DNA of 64,000 nt from the NCBI GenBank assembly GCA_044892525.1, contig CM097885.1:12092001-12156000 (forward strand), read 5' to 3'. The notes under the pieces are model-generated. The model had not been told where the DNA came from, searched no databases, and saw nothing but the letters and a program-made list of their open reading frames with translations. Positions within the stretch are counted from its first letter, which is position 1, and every line of letters starts with the position of its first letter. This stretch comes from Schmidtea polychroa. Its lineage: Eukaryota. This document shows positions 1 to 14,700 of the stretch, piece after piece. A program made the position numbers and the translations under genes.

Positions 1-231
1 TCATTCTCGTTTTAATAATAAAAAAAGAGAAACTTCAGTGATTTGAATATTATTTTTTCATTAATCAATCCGTTTTCAAAATTTCCAAATAATAATTAAT
101 TAATGACACATTTTATGATTTTTTGGAATTATTTCGAAGTTAAAATTTTTTAAAGTTTTTTTAATGTTTTACATAAATTTTCAAAACACATTTTTTAGTT
201 GTTTTAATAAACTAATATATTGCTTAATTTT

Positions 232-431
232 ATATTGTTTTTTATTATAAGAACTTTTTTTTTTAAATTTCACCACTGATTTCTTTTCCGTTGACATTGT
301 ATTTATTAAAAAGCTTAAAGACTATAAATCAGTAATATATCGATGTTTTTGATATTCACGAATTTTCGCACTGCCCTTTTCAAGTGAATTTGATTAGATC
401 AAGCTTTTTAATAAATACAATATTGTTTTTT
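232..431 (-). mobile_element. Short fold-back repeat family copy with hammerhead-like motif
   Basis: Family sequence TTTCACCACTGATTTC...TTGACATTGTATTTATTAAAA...CGATGTTTTTGATATTCACGAATTTTCGCACTGCCCTTTTCAAGTGAAT, then a short inverted copy. Flanked by the direct repeat ATATTGTTTTTT (232-243 / 420-431). Confidence 0.65.
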
Positions 432-2329
432 CATTTTAAATTATTGATCAATATTTTCAATAATCTGAAAAAATGAAGATCAAAGAAATTGAATTTTTTT
501 CTCTGACTATATTTTTGAGGTTGTAAAAATGAAGAGATTTAAATAACTATTGCAAGAAAATAATTAACAATAAGTAACAGTAAAAAAAATAAAATAGTTA
601 AAGTACAATGGGAAAAATCAGAAAAGAAACGAAATGGTGATAAATGAAGAAAATTGGAAGATAAGATAATAAATGTAAAAAGTTAATAAAATATTGGTTA
701 ATTTATGTAAAAATGGATTAAGTAAAAAACAAACAAAATTAATTAAGTGTAAGAGAAGAGAATAGAAAAGAAACGAAAACAAATGGCAAGTAATTATTGT
801 CGAATAAATGGTAATACATAATATATCAAAAAAGCTTAAAAAACTATGGAACATATTAGATAACGAAAAATTGCAAAAGTATCAATAATTAAAACAAAAT
901 TAAATCTGAGTAAAATGAAAACGGAAAAGGGATAAACATAAAATAAATACAATGTAAATTGAAAGGAAATCAGTAGTGAAAATTAAAAAAAAGTTCTTAT
1001 ATATTAAAATTATTTATAAAGAAACTTTCAAATCTTTAACTAAATAATAATTTGGATTTTTTAAGGATGTGCGCTCTACACAGGATTTTTAAGTAAGAAA
1101 AAAGGTTATTTCAATATTTTGATTTTTTACAATTATATTTTTGATTTAGATGAATTGTTTTAATAATGTATCATTTTCTTTTTAAACATTACAAACGTCT
1201 TCACACGTATACTGGAGACTCATCTTCATTGAAATCATTGCTGATAAAATTTATATGTTTAATTTCGGTTTGTCACAACTCCACAAATCAAAAATAATTG
1301 AAGATACTACTGAGGATATCTAAATAATAAAATTAAATTGTGAAATGAATAATAAAACGAACAACAAAGAAAGAAAAGAGGATTTCCTACTAAATTGATG
1401 CAAGTAGTGTAAATAAATTATTAATAAAGAGTGTTTTACTAATTGTCGGTTCAGCAGGAATAGTTGAGGGATCGTATATCTGAAATTGTTATTAAATAGT
1501 GCTATTCTTCACAAAGTGTTGTAATAAATACTTGATATCAATTGGTTTTGGTCCTGAATACTTAATTATATATTTTTTATATCCCGTATTTTTCTTTGAA
1601 AATCCATATAATCATAGCTACACTAATTGATTTTCACAATATTATTCTAAAGACTGCAAATACTTGCAGATTTATTTTAAAATTTAAGAATAATTTTAAT
1701 ATTTCGGGAATTATGGCATTATTGAATTTTAAAAATTATTGGCTAAATTAACAAGTGTCTCAAAATATGGGATGTTTGTTTTAATAATATTTAATTAAAA
1801 ACTCTGTAAATGTTTGATTGTTTTGATGTAAAACTTTATAATTGCTTTGGTTTTGATGGATACTGATATTCTAAATATGGTAAAAACTAATAAATATATA
1901 AAAACTAAATATATAAACTAATAATAAATTTAACTAAAAATATTTACAAAGTTTTTTAAATAATTTTAATATTTAAATGAAAAATGGATCATCTTTTTTC
2001 GGTTATTTAAATATAATATTGATAATATAATATAATATTATTTAAAATAATAAAATATGATAATAATTGCGATATAATTATTATAGTATAACAACAATTA
2101 GCTGAATCTACTTATTATTTTATTTTCAAAGGATTATCTACTGACTACCTTAAGTAATATATTAAAAAAGTAATAAATTTTAATTTTTATAGATCATTAT
2201 GATCATTATGAAATAAAGTTTAATTCTAAATTTTATATAGATATTATAGCTAAATAGTAGGTAGATAGTAGCCCACTGCTGCAACTTTTTTTTGCTGCAA
2301 CTTTTTTTGCTGCAACTTTTGATTACGCA

Positions 2330-3290
2330 ATTTTTCAGACTATAGTGAGGGGGTCTCGATGGTCCTGGGATTTTCAATACAAAAAAATTTTTTCAATACA
2401 AAAACGATGGTCCTGGGATTTTCAATACAAATAAAATTTTTTCAATACAAAAAGGCGGTCTCACTAAAAAAGCATGGAATTTTCAGACTATAGTGAGGGG
2501 GTCTCGATGGTCCTGGGATTTTCAATACAAAAAAAATTTTCTATACAAAAACGATGGTCCTGGGATTTTCAATACAAAAAAAATTTTCTATACAAAATCC
2601 GACTACCAATAAAAAAGCATGGATTATTCACGCTATAGTGAAGGGGTCTCGATGGTCCTGGGATTTTCAATACAAAAATTTTTTTTCAATACAAAAAGCT
2701 GGTCTACACTAAAAAAGCCAAGGAATTTTCAGACAATAGTGAGGGGGTCTCGATGGTCCTGGGATTTTCAATACAAAAAACTTTTTTCAATACAAAAATC
2801 CGACTATCAATAAAAAAGCATAGAATTTTCAGACTATAGTGAGGGGGTCTCGATGGTCCTGGGATTTTCAATACAAAAAAAATTTTCAATACAAAAACGA
2901 TGGTCCTGGGATTTTCAATACAAAAAATTTTTTTTCAATACAAAAACGATGGTCCTGGGATTTTCAATACAAAAAATTTTTTTCAATACAAAAAGCTGGT
3001 CTACACTAAAAAAGCCAAGGATTTTTCAGACTATAGTGAGGTGAGTCTCCTTGGTCCTGAGAAATAGGTGGTCTACACTAAAAAAAACGTGGTAATTTAA
3101 GGTCTCAGGATATTTTCAATACAAAAAGCTGGTCTACACTAAAAAAGCATGGTAATTTAAGGTCTCAGGATATTTTCAATACAAAAAGCTGGTCTACACT
3201 AAAAAAGCCAAGGATTTTTCAGACTATAGTGAGGTGAGTCTCCTTGGTCCTGAGAAATAGGTGGTCTACACTAAAAAACGTTGTAAATTT
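2330..3290 (+). repeat. Left subterminal modular tandem array
   Basis: Recurrent modules ACTATAGTGAGGGGGTCTCGATGGTCCTGGGATTTTCAATACAAAAA and GGTCTACACTAAAAAAGC. Confidence 0.9.
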
Positions 3291-3294
3291 TTCA

Positions 3295-3960
3295 ATTACA
3301 GTAAATTATGGTCCTAAAAATTAAATTAAAGTAAATAATGGTCCTAAAAAATTAAATTACAGTAAATTATGGCTCAAATTTTTAAATTACAGTAAATTAT
3401 GGTCCTAAAAAATAAATTACAGTAAATTATGGCTCAAATTTTTAAATTACAGTAAATTATGGTCCAAATTTTTAAATTAAAGTAAATAATGGTTCTAAAA
3501 ATTGAATTACAGTAAATAATGGTTCTAAAAATTAAATTAAAGTAAATTATGGTTCTAAAATATTAAATTAAAGTAAATAATGGTCCAGATTTTTCAATTA
3601 AAGTAAATAATGGTCCAAATTTTAAAATTAAAGTAAATTATAGTCCTAAAAAATTAAATTACAGTAAATTATGGTCCAAATTTTTCTATTACAGTTAATT
3701 ATGGTCCTAAAAAATTAAATTAAAGTAAATTATGGTTCTAAAAATTAAATTAAAGTAAATTATGGCTCAAATTTTTCAATTACAGTAAATTATGGTCTAA
3801 ATTTTTAAATTAAAGTAAATTATGGTCCTAAAAATTAAATTAAAGTAAATTATGGTTCTAAATTTTAAATTAAAGTAAATTAAGGTTCTAAAAAATTAAA
3901 ATAAAGTAAATTAAGGTCCAAATTTTAAATTAAGTAATCAATGGTAAAAAAATTTTAAAT
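3295..3960 (+). repeat. ~30-bp minisatellite (mirror copy at ~17400-17950)
   Basis: About 20 copies of AATTA(C/A)AGTAAATTATGGTCCTAAAAATTA variants. Unit order differs between the two arms. Confidence 0.9.
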
Positions 3961-4284
3961 AAGTAAATTAAAGTAATAATTTTTAAATTAAGTAATCAAT
4001 GGTAAAAAATTTTAAATAAGTAAATTAAAGTAAGATTTTAAAATTTAATTACAAAAAGTTGAAGGTGTTTGAGAATTGAAATTTTTTAATGAAAATTTTC
4101 AATGGTAATTTTTAATGAAAATTTTTATGGAATATTTTTTTTAAGTAATTTTTAATAGAAAATTTTATGAAATATTTTTCAATGGTAATTTTTAATGGAA
4201 ATTTTTATGAAATATTTTTCAATGATAATTTTTAATGGAAATTTTTAAGAAATATTTTTCAAAGACAAATTTTAATAATAATTC

Positions 4285-5660
4285 AACAACAAATCAACAA
4301 CTTAGTACCAACAACCAGTAACTTACGAACATGTATTACCAACCAGATACCTACAACCAGTTACCTGATACCAAGTACCAACAACCAAAAACATGCAACC
4401 AACTAGGTACCAAGTACTAACAACTAACTACCACCTACCAAGTACCTACAACCAACTACTAAGTACTAACAACCAAAAACAACCAACTAGGTACTAGATA
4501 CCAAGTACTTACAACAAACATCAACCAAGTACTTACTACCAACTACCAAGTACTTACAACTAGTTACTAACAACTAGTTACCTGCTACCAAGTACTTACA
4601 ATTAGTTACTAACAACCAGTTACCTGATACCAAGTACCTACAACCAACTACTAAGTACTAACAACAAAAAACAACAAAGTACCTACAACAAATTACCAGA
4701 TACCAAGTGCCTACAACTAGTTACTAACAACTAGTTACCTGATACTAAGTACCTACAACCACCTAACAAGTACTAACAACCAAAAACAAGCAACCAAACA
4801 GGTATCAGATACCACCTACTAAGTACCAACAACCAACTAGTTACCAGATACCTACAACTAGATACTAACAACTAGGTCTCAAACAACTAAATACTAACAA
4901 CCAGGTACTAAGCATTATCAACCAACTAAATACTAAGTACTAACAACCAACCAGTTACCTGATACCAAGTACTTACAACTAGTTACTAACAATCAGATAC
5001 CTACAACTAGTTACTAACAACTAGTTACCTGATAGCAACCAACTAGGTACCAGATACCAAGTACTAACAACCGCCAACAACCAGATACTTACAACTAGTT
5101 ACTAACAACCAGTTACCTGCTACTAAGTACCTACAACCAACTAGCTACCACCTACCAAGTACTAACAACTAGATACTAACAACCAGTTACCCATTAACTA
5201 GCTACCAACTACTAAGTACCTACAACCACCTACCCATTAACTAGCTACAACCAGTTAACAACTAGCTACCACCTACCAATTAACTAGCTACAACCAGCTA
5301 ACAACCAGTTACCTGCTACCAAGTATTTACAACTAGTTACTAACAACCAATTACCTGCTACCAAGTACTTACAACCAACATCAACCAGGTACTAAGCATC
5401 ATCAACTAGATACCAAGTACCTACAACCAACTAGCTACCACCTACCAATTAACTAGCTACAACCAGCTAACTAGGTACTAGATACCAAGTACCAACAACC
5501 AGTTACCAACTACTAAGCATTAATTACCTACAACTAGTTACTAACAACTAGATACCAAGTACATACAACCAACATCAACCAGGTACTAGATACCAAGTAC
5601 TAACAACCAAGTAACTTACCTAGTAATAAGCACTGTCAACTAGATACCAAACAATTACAA
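4285..5660 (+). repeat. A/C-rich patchwork satellite (mirror copy at ~15725-17100)
   Basis: Shuffled short words AAGTAC, AACAACC, CTAGTTAC, GATACC with strong strand skew. Confidence 0.85.
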
Positions 5661-5990
5661 CCAGATGACCACATGAAATTAATGGTTAAATATGAAAATA
5701 AGGATTATATTTAGTTGTTAAGTAAATTATGGTGTAAAATTAAGAAATAAAGAATAATTAGGTAAATTAAAGTAATAATTTTTAAAAAAGTAAATTAAGG
5801 TTCAAAATTTTAAATTAAAGGAAACAATGGTTTAAATTTTAAATTAAAGCTAAATGAGTAAATTAAAGTAATAATTTTTAAATAAGTAATGTAATAAGTA
5901 AATTAAACTAAGATTTTTAAATTTATTATCAAAAGATTGAATAACCACCAACTTTTTTGAGAAATGTAATTTTTAATGAAAATTTAAATG

Positions 5991-6045
<55 letters not shown>

Positions 6046-6453
6046 AATAATTCAACAGTTACCAACAATCGGTTACTAAATATTTTTAACTAGGTGCTAA
6101 CAAATACTTACAACATGATACCACGTACTAACTAACTCTCAAACAACCAGATACTTACAACTAACTACTAAATATTCTTCACTGTATTTTATGAAATGCT
6201 TTTTAAATTAATTTTTTATCTATCTTCAAAAATATATTTAATTACAATCATTAGAAAAACCTTTTCAAATTTAACAAAAATGTTGATTTTCATCAAAAAA
6301 CCACAACTCATCACCACGTGGAATTCAAAATAATTTTAATTATAATGAAAGACTAATGAATTCTAATTTGCAAAACATTCTTCTTTTAAATGATAACTAC
6401 TGACTTATTATTGCAAAGTAAAAATCGCATTCAATAAATACTTATTATATATA

Positions 6454-9400
6454 CTCTGAGTTTATCCGACAGGATGTTTTGACCCCCTAAGGGTACTGGT
6501 CGTAAGGGTATTAGTCGTAAGGGTACTGGTCGTAAAGGTACTAGTCGTAATGGTATTGATCACTCTCAATCCCCACCTACTCATTAATTAGCTACCATGT
6601 ACTAACCACTAGGTTTCAAACCACTAAATACTAAACACTTACAACCATGTACTAACAACCACCATCAAAACCCATCGAGAAATTAACAAATATCAACCTA
6701 CAACTAGATACTTACAACCAGATACCTGCTACCAAGTACTTACAACAAGATACCAAGTACCAACAATCAACTAACCACACATAAAAATAATAGCAATTAA
6801 ATACAAAATATTCTTCATCACATACAATATCTTCTTATCAAAATCTAAAAAGTCAATCAGATACCAACTACCAAGTACCAAGTACTAACAACCAACTACT
6901 TACAACCAACAACTATGTACTAACAAATTGATCTTTAAAAGCAAATACTCATCACTTGAAAAAATTAGATGAAAAATTAATTGAACTCAAGGCACTTTTA
7001 AGATATTTGAACTCAAGGCATCAATAACTTGGTAAAAATTGATTAAATTATTGTAAAAATTTAAATTATTCAAAATATACTAAATTAAAAAAATATAATT
7101 AATAGACAAGAAAGAACTTTAAATTCTAGTCATTGATCATTCAAGTTAATATGAATCAACTAAGATAATAAATTAATAAGAATTTTGAAATAAGATCTAG
7201 TAGATAATTGATTTAGATTGAATAAATTAATTTAAATAAAATTAAATTTAATTATTTTTTGTAAAAGTAATACATGTACTCAAATTGATTGACTGATTTC
7301 TCAATATATTCAAAAAATCAGTATAAATTCATTACAATTATCAAAGTCATCAATCTACAATAAAAATAATTATCATAAAATTCCAAAAGACACTGATAAC
7401 TAATGATAACATCTAATAAACCAGTAAATTAATTTAAATGACAATAATTGGTATATCCTAGTGAATTCTCCAATTTCTCATTTCCTCCCAAATATATCAA
7501 TATGTAAAGATTGGTATTGTAATGATAAATACTTGTTAAAGATCATATATTCACCTCGAACTAACAAGATTCCTTAAAATCCCTCAAATGACTATATTTC
7601 TACCCTTAATTCATATTATTACAAATATTTCACTAAAATCATCTAAAAAGCATCAAATTTCATTGAAATAACTCTATCTTTTAAGATTGATATTTTAATG
7701 ATAAGTACTTGTTAAAGATCATATATTCCCCTCAGACTAATAAGATTGCTTAAACTCCCCTTTAAATGACTATAATTCTAACTTTAATTCCTATTATCAT
7801 ACATGTTTCACTATTGATAAAACCAGTTATAATTAAATTTTTGTTAATCACTGTAAATTTTTGTAAATCACTGTACTTGAAATTTAAAATAAATATAACT
7901 GACTAGGTCCCATTGAAAGATTAAATTTATCCATTCAATAAAATATATTTCTTCAAATGATCATTTTACCGATATTCAACCGATTTAATTACTAATTAAA
8001 ATCAAGATTTTTTCCAATAAAGATCAATTTTATTTAGTCGATGTTTTAAGTCCATATTTCTCAACTTTTGTCATTCTCCGCCTAAATAAAGATAAAAATA
8101 AATTAAAGTTGATATCAATCCCAATTATCTGTAAAGATTTCATTGTCAAAACCAAGTAAATCGATCATTATCCCTACTTAATAAAACATTGTTCTAAATT
8201 AATTTACTGTGCATTAATCACAACCTAATAAAACGATATAATTATTATTGATTCATAACTGACTAATGTATTGCAATTTCCTTAAAAAAACATTGATATT
8301 TTACCAACATCACCCTTAAAAAATCATATATTCCCATCGAAACCCTTCCCTCATTAAAAGCAACCGACTATATCTCCCTTACAATAATATATTCCCATCT
8401 TAGCCCATCTCACATTAAATCTAACCGACTATATCCCCTTAAAAGATCATATTTTCCCCATCTTAACCGACCTCTCATTAAATCTAACCGACTATATCCC
8501 TTTAAAAATCGTATATTCCCATCTTAACCCATCCCTCATTAAATTTAATAACCGACAATATCCCATCTTATCCGATCTCTCAGCAAATATTTCTACCCTT
8601 TTAAACATCTAACCGAATATATCCTTCAATTCTACCCACTTGAATCCTCCTTTAATTCAATTCAGTCTTAAAATCTTTAAAGAACTTCAAAAATATGACT
8701 TAATTGTTATAGACACCAAATATTCTTCCATTGAAATAATTTAGTAGCTATGTAGTAAGAGTTCACTAAAAGATCAAAAATCAATATTTTCTACAAATAT
8801 TTACCATCAAATACTGGAGATGATATATATTGATTGATCATAATTCTTCATCGATTCAACCAATCATTTTCAAGCAATAATAGCAAACTACAATCATTTT
8901 CAAGTAAGTTAACTGGTTTCTTAGCTTATGTTTTTTAAAGTTCATCAATGAGTAAATATTCTTAGAAAAATATTGAAAACATTATTTAGTCAAATACATT
9001 ACAAAGTTATCATCAAAAATCACTTAATTATTAACCTAATTGTCAATGAAATTAATTTTTATTTAAAAACTATTCAATAAAATACAACTAATTATCAAGA
9101 AATTAATTAAATTTATCATAGAACTAACTTTAAATATTCATTCAATAAACATGAAATTCACAAAAAACGATAAAAATTCACAAAAATAATAGAAATTCAC
9201 AAAAATAATAGAAATTCACAAAATTGATAAAAATTCACAAAAAACGATAAAAATTCACAAGAATGATAGAAATTCACAAGAATGATAAAAATCCACAAGA
9301 ATAATAGAAATTCACAAGAATGATAGAAATTCATAAAAATGATAGAAATTCATAAAAATGATAGAAATTCACAAAAAAGATAGAAATTTACCTGAATAAA

Positions 9401-9572
9401 ACCATCAACTCTAAAAATTATCAACGAATGCCTTATACAAATTTGCTTAAATTCAAATAAAAAACATTAAATACCTTTACGACTAATACCCTTGCGACAT
9501 GTTGAATGTGAGTAGTACCCTTGTGAGCAATACCCATAGGGGGACAGAATATTTTGTCGGATAAACTCAGAG
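6454..9572. mobile_element. Nested ~3.1-kb non-coding TIR element, left-arm copy
   Basis: Perfect 18-bp TIR CTCTGAGTTTATCCGACA (6454-6471) / TGTCGGATAAACTCAGAG (9555-9572). Subterminal 15-bp repeats GGGTA(C/T)T(A/G)GTCGTAA occur in inverted orientation at both ends. Flanked by TATATA on both sides. Confidence 0.75.
9150..9390 (+). repeat. ~19-20-bp minisatellite (mirror copy at ~11955-12190)
   Basis: Tandem GATAGAAATTCACAA(A/G)AAT variants. Confidence 0.85.
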
Positions 9573-10144
9573 TATATATTAATTAACTCATTTTTCATTG
9601 AATTAGTCAAATTATCATAAATTTCGATAAAAAATCTAAAGTGGTAAGCAATGTAAAGAGAAATATTCTTTAAACTTTGATAAAATTAACAATGAAGGTG
9701 GTAAGAATCTTCATTAAAGTGAGGAAATTACTCGATGATAAATTCAAATGGGTGAAAATAATTGGTAGAATAATTCATTAATGGATCATTGAATGGGCAT
9801 AGATAAGAAGAAGGTTGATAAGAATGGAAATATATTATTTAAAATTATTTCATAAAATTCATAAATTTAATAAAAAAAAACAAATATTTGTGGGGAATAA
9901 TTAATCAAAATCGGGGGGATATTAGTGATTAATTAATGGAAAATAGAGAATCGGGGAATATAAGTGAATAATTAATGGAAATTCTAGGGAATACAAATGA
10001 TTAAATAGTGGAAATCGGGGGAATATAGGAGATTAAATAGTGGGATAATGAGAATCGGTGGAATATAAGTGAGAAGGATATGTAATTTAAACTATTTTAT
10101 TACGTAACAAGCCATGACTAGTTTATTGCATAACAAGCTGTGAA

Positions 10145-10947
10145 CGGGATTTTATCAACATTTTACCTAGTATGTACTTTAATTTTTATTGTATTTTTAA
10201 ATTGTATATATTTTCAATATCATTCTATTGTTTTATTCCAATAATAAGTTTAAAAAGTATATAATGATTAATAAATTAATATCGTGTTAACATTTATTTG
10301 AGAATTTAAAAAACTTTACTTAAAATTTAGTGAAATATTTAATTTTGATTGTATTTTATAAGACATATATTTGAGTATTTACTTATTTTGATTGAAGTAT
10401 TATATTCAATATTATGATGATTTTTTTTTTCTAAATTAAAATATTTTAGTGTAAAATAGTAAATTTAATAATGAATAGAATACAATATTAAAGGACTTTT
10501 TAAAAAGAAAAATTACTTTCTATTACCTAATTTCATCATTAAGTTTAAGAAGTCTATAACTGTTAATAAATCAATTTCTTATTCACATTTTCTTATAAAA
10601 TTTATATTTTTAAATTTAGTGTAAAGAATTTAATTTTAATTGTATTTTATAAGTCATTTATTTGAATATTTATCTTATTTTTATTGAAAGGAGTAATATA
10701 ATTAATAATATGATAATTGTTTTTGAAATATTTAGTGTAGAATAATAAATTTATTAATAAATAATTATTACAAAATTAAAGGACTTATACAACAAAATTT
10801 TTGTCTTATTCCATAAAAAAGTTTTAAAGTATATAACTGGTAATAAATTAATTTCTTATTTAAATTTATTTAAAAAAGCTTTACTTATAAAATTTGTATT
10901 TTCTAAGATATATATTTGAATATTCAACTTATTTTGAATGAAAAGGG

Positions 10948-11026
<79 letters not shown>

Positions 11027-11171
11027 TATTATTTTCTTTTATGATAATTGTTTTTGAAATACATAATGTAAATTAAAACATTTTAGTATTAATTAGTTAT
11101 TATTTTAGAATTTATTTTAGTCAAAAATTTAAAAAAATAAGACCTATTCCATATTTCTTATTCAAAAACCA
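10145..11171. repeat. Non-palindromic central spacer with three degenerate ~290-bp direct repeats and a (TA)n tract
   Basis: Arm similarity stops at ...AACAAGCTGTGAA (10144) and resumes at TTCACAGCTTGTT (11172). The motif TTGTATTTT..AAG..AT..ATTTGA.TATT..CTTATTTT recurs near 10350, 10640 and 10895. (TA)n lies at ~10950-11020. Confidence 0.7.
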
Positions 11172-11770
11172 TTCACAGCTTGTTATGTAATAAACTAGTC
11201 ACGGCTTGTTATGTAATAATCTAGTCGCGGCTTGTTACGTAATAAAATAGTTTAAATTACATATCCTTCTCACTTATATTCCACCGATTCTCAATACCCC
11301 ACTATTTAATCTCCTATATTCCCCCGATTTCCACTATTTAATCATTTGTATTCCCTAGAATTTCCATTAATTATTCACTTATATTCCCCGATTCTCTATT
11401 TTCCATTAATTAATCACTAATATCCCCCCGATTTTGATTAATTATTCCCCACAAATATTTGTTTTTTTTTTATTAAATTTATGAATTTTATGAAATAATT
11501 TTAAATAATATATTTCCATTCTTATCAACCTTCTTCTTATCTATGCCCATTCAATGATCCATTAATGAATTATTCTACCAATTATTTTCACCCATTTGAA
11601 TTTATCATCGAGTAATTTCCTCACTTTAATGAAGATTCTTACCACCTTCATTGTTAATTTTATCAAAGTTTAAAGAATATTTCTCTTTACATTGCTTACC
11701 ACTTTAGATTTTTTATCGAAATTTATGATAATTTGACTAATTCAATGAAAAATGAGTTAATTAATATATA

Positions 11771-14700
11771 CTCCTAGTCTATCCGACAAAATATTCTGTC
11801 CCCCTATGGGTATTGCTCACAAGGGTACTACTCACATTCAACATGTCGCAAGGGTATTAGTCGTAAAGGTATTTAATGTTTTTTATTTGAATTTAAGCAA
11901 ATTTGTATAAGGCATTCGTTGATAATTTTTAGAGTTGATGGTTTTATTCAAGTAAATTTCTATCTTTTTTGTGAATTTCTATCATTTTTATGAATTTCTA
12001 TCATTTTTATGAATTTCTATCATTCTTGTGAATTTCTATTATTCTTGTGGACTTTTTTCTTTCTTGTGAATTTCTATCATTCTTGTGAATTTTTATCGTT
12101 TTTTGTGAATTTTTATCAATTTTGTGAATTTCTATTATTTTTGTGAATTTCTATTATTTTTGTGAATTTTTATCGTTTTTTGTGAATTTCATGTTTATTG
12201 AATGAATATTTAAAGTTAGTTCTATGATAAATTTAATTAATTTCTTGATAATTAGTTGTATTTTATTGAATAGTTTTTAAATAAAGATTAATTTCATTGA
12301 CAATTAGGTTAATAATTAAGTGATTTTTGATGATAACTTTGTAATGTATTTGACTAAATAATGTTTTCAATATTTTTCTAAGAATATTTACTCATTGATG
12401 AACTTTAAAAAACATAAGCTAAGAAACCAGTTAACTTACTTGAAAATGATTGTAGTTTGCTATTATTGCTTGAAAATGATTGGTTGAATCGATGAAGAAT
12501 TATGATCAATCAATATATATCATCTCCAGTATTTGATGGTAAATATTTGTAGAAAATATTGATTTTTGATCTTTTAGTGAACTCTTACTACATAGCTACT
12601 AAATTATTTCAATGGAAGAATATTTGGTGTCTATAACAATTAAGTCATATTTTGAAGTTCTTTAAAGATTTTAAGACTGAATTGAATTAAAGGAGGATTC
12701 AAGTGGGTAGAATTGAAGGATATATTCGGTTAGATGTTTAAAAGGGTAGAAATATTTGCTGAGAGATCGGATAAGATGGGATATTGTCGGTTATTAAATT
12801 TAATGAGGGATGGGTTAAGATGGGAATATACGATTTTTAAAGGGATATAGTTGGTTAGATTTAATGAGAGATCGGTTAAGATGGGATATTGTTGGTTAGA
12901 TTTAATGAGAGGTCGGTTAAGATGGGGAAAATATGATCTTTTAAGGGGATATAGTCGGTTAGATTTAATGTGAGATGGGTTAAGATGGGAATATATTATT
13001 GTAAGGGAGATATAGTCGGTTGCTTTTAATGAGGGAAGGGTTTCGGTGGGAATATATGATTTTTTAAGGGTGATGTTGGTAAAATATCAATGTTTTTTAA
13101 GGAAATTGCAATACATTAGTCAGTTATGAATCAATAATAATTATATCGTTTTATTAGGTTGTGATTAATGCACAGTAAATTAATTTAGAACAATGTTTTA
13201 TTAAGTAGGGATAATGATCGATTTACTTGGTTTTGACAATGAAATCTTTACAGATAATTGGGATTGATATCAACTTTAATTTATTTTTATCTTTATTTAG
13301 GCGGAGAATGACAAAAGTTTAGAAATATGGACTTAAAACATCGACTAAATAAAATTGATCTTTATTGGAAGAAATCTTGATTTTAATTAGTAATTAAATC
13401 GGTTGAATATCGGTAAAATGATCATTTGAAGAAATATATTTTATTGAATGGATAAATTTAATCTTTCAATGGGACCTAGTCAGTTATATTTATTTTAAAT
13501 TTCAAGTACAGTGATTTACAAAAATTTACAGTGATTAACAAAAATTTAATTATAACTGGTTTTATCAATAGTGAAACATGTATGATAATAGGAATTAAAG
13601 TTAGAATTATAGTCATTTAAAGGGGAGTTTAAGCAATCTTATTAGTCTGAGGGGAATATATGATCTTTAACAAGTACTTATCATTAAAATATCAATCTTA
13701 AAAGATAGAGTTATTTCAATGAAATTTGATGCTTTTTAGATGATTTTAGTGAAATATTTGTAATAATATGAATTAAGGGTAGAAATATAGTCATTTGAGG
13801 GATTTTAAGGAATCTTGTTAGTTCGAGGTGAATATATGATCTTTAACAAGTATTTATCATTACAATACCAATCTTTACATATTGATATATTTGGGAGGAA
13901 ATGAGAAATTGGAGAATTCACTAGGATATACCAATTATTGTCATTTAAATTAATTTACTGGTTTATTAGATGTTATCATTAGTTATCAGTGTCTTTTGGA
14001 ATTTTATGATAATTATTTTTATTGTAGATTGATGACTTTGATAATTGTAATGAATTTATACTGATTTTTTGAATATATTGAGAAATCAGTCAATCAATTT
14101 GAGTACATGTATTACTTTTACAAAAAATAATTAAATTTAATTTTATTTAAATTAATTTATTCAATCTAAATCAATTATCTACTAGATCTTATTTCAAAAT
14201 TCTTATTAATTTATTATCTTAGTTGATTCATATTAACTTGAATGATCAATGACTAGAATTTAAAGTTCTTTCTTGTCTATTAATTATATTTTTTTAATTT
14301 AGTATATTTTGAATAATTTAAATTTTTACAATAATTTAATCAATTTTTACCAAGTTATTGATGCCTTGAGTTCAAATATCTTAAAAGTGCCTTGAGTTCA
14401 ATTAATTTTTCATCTAATTTTTTCAAGTGATGAGTATTTGCTTTTAAAGATCAATTTGTTAGTACATAGTTGTTGGTTGTAAGTAGTTGGTTGTTAGTAC
14501 TTGGTACTTGGTAGTTGGTATCTGATTGACTTTTTAGATTTTGATAAGAAGATATTGTATGTGATGAAGAATATTTTGTATTTAATTGCTATTATTTTTA
14601 TGTGTGGTTAGTTGATTGTTGGTACTTGGTATCTTGTTGTAAGTACTTGGTAGCAGGTATCTGGTTGTAAGTATCTAGTTGTAGGTTGATATTTGTTAAT

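Noticed and set aside
2180..3044. Short ORFs in the left subterminal array (and 18005-18897 in the right one)
   Set aside because: They are translations of tandem DNA modules in several overlapping frames, all under 100 aa, with no domain-like content.
2330..3960. CRISPR-like regularly spaced repeats
   Set aside because: The units between repeats are themselves repeated, with no unique spacers or cas genes, and the context is eukaryotic.
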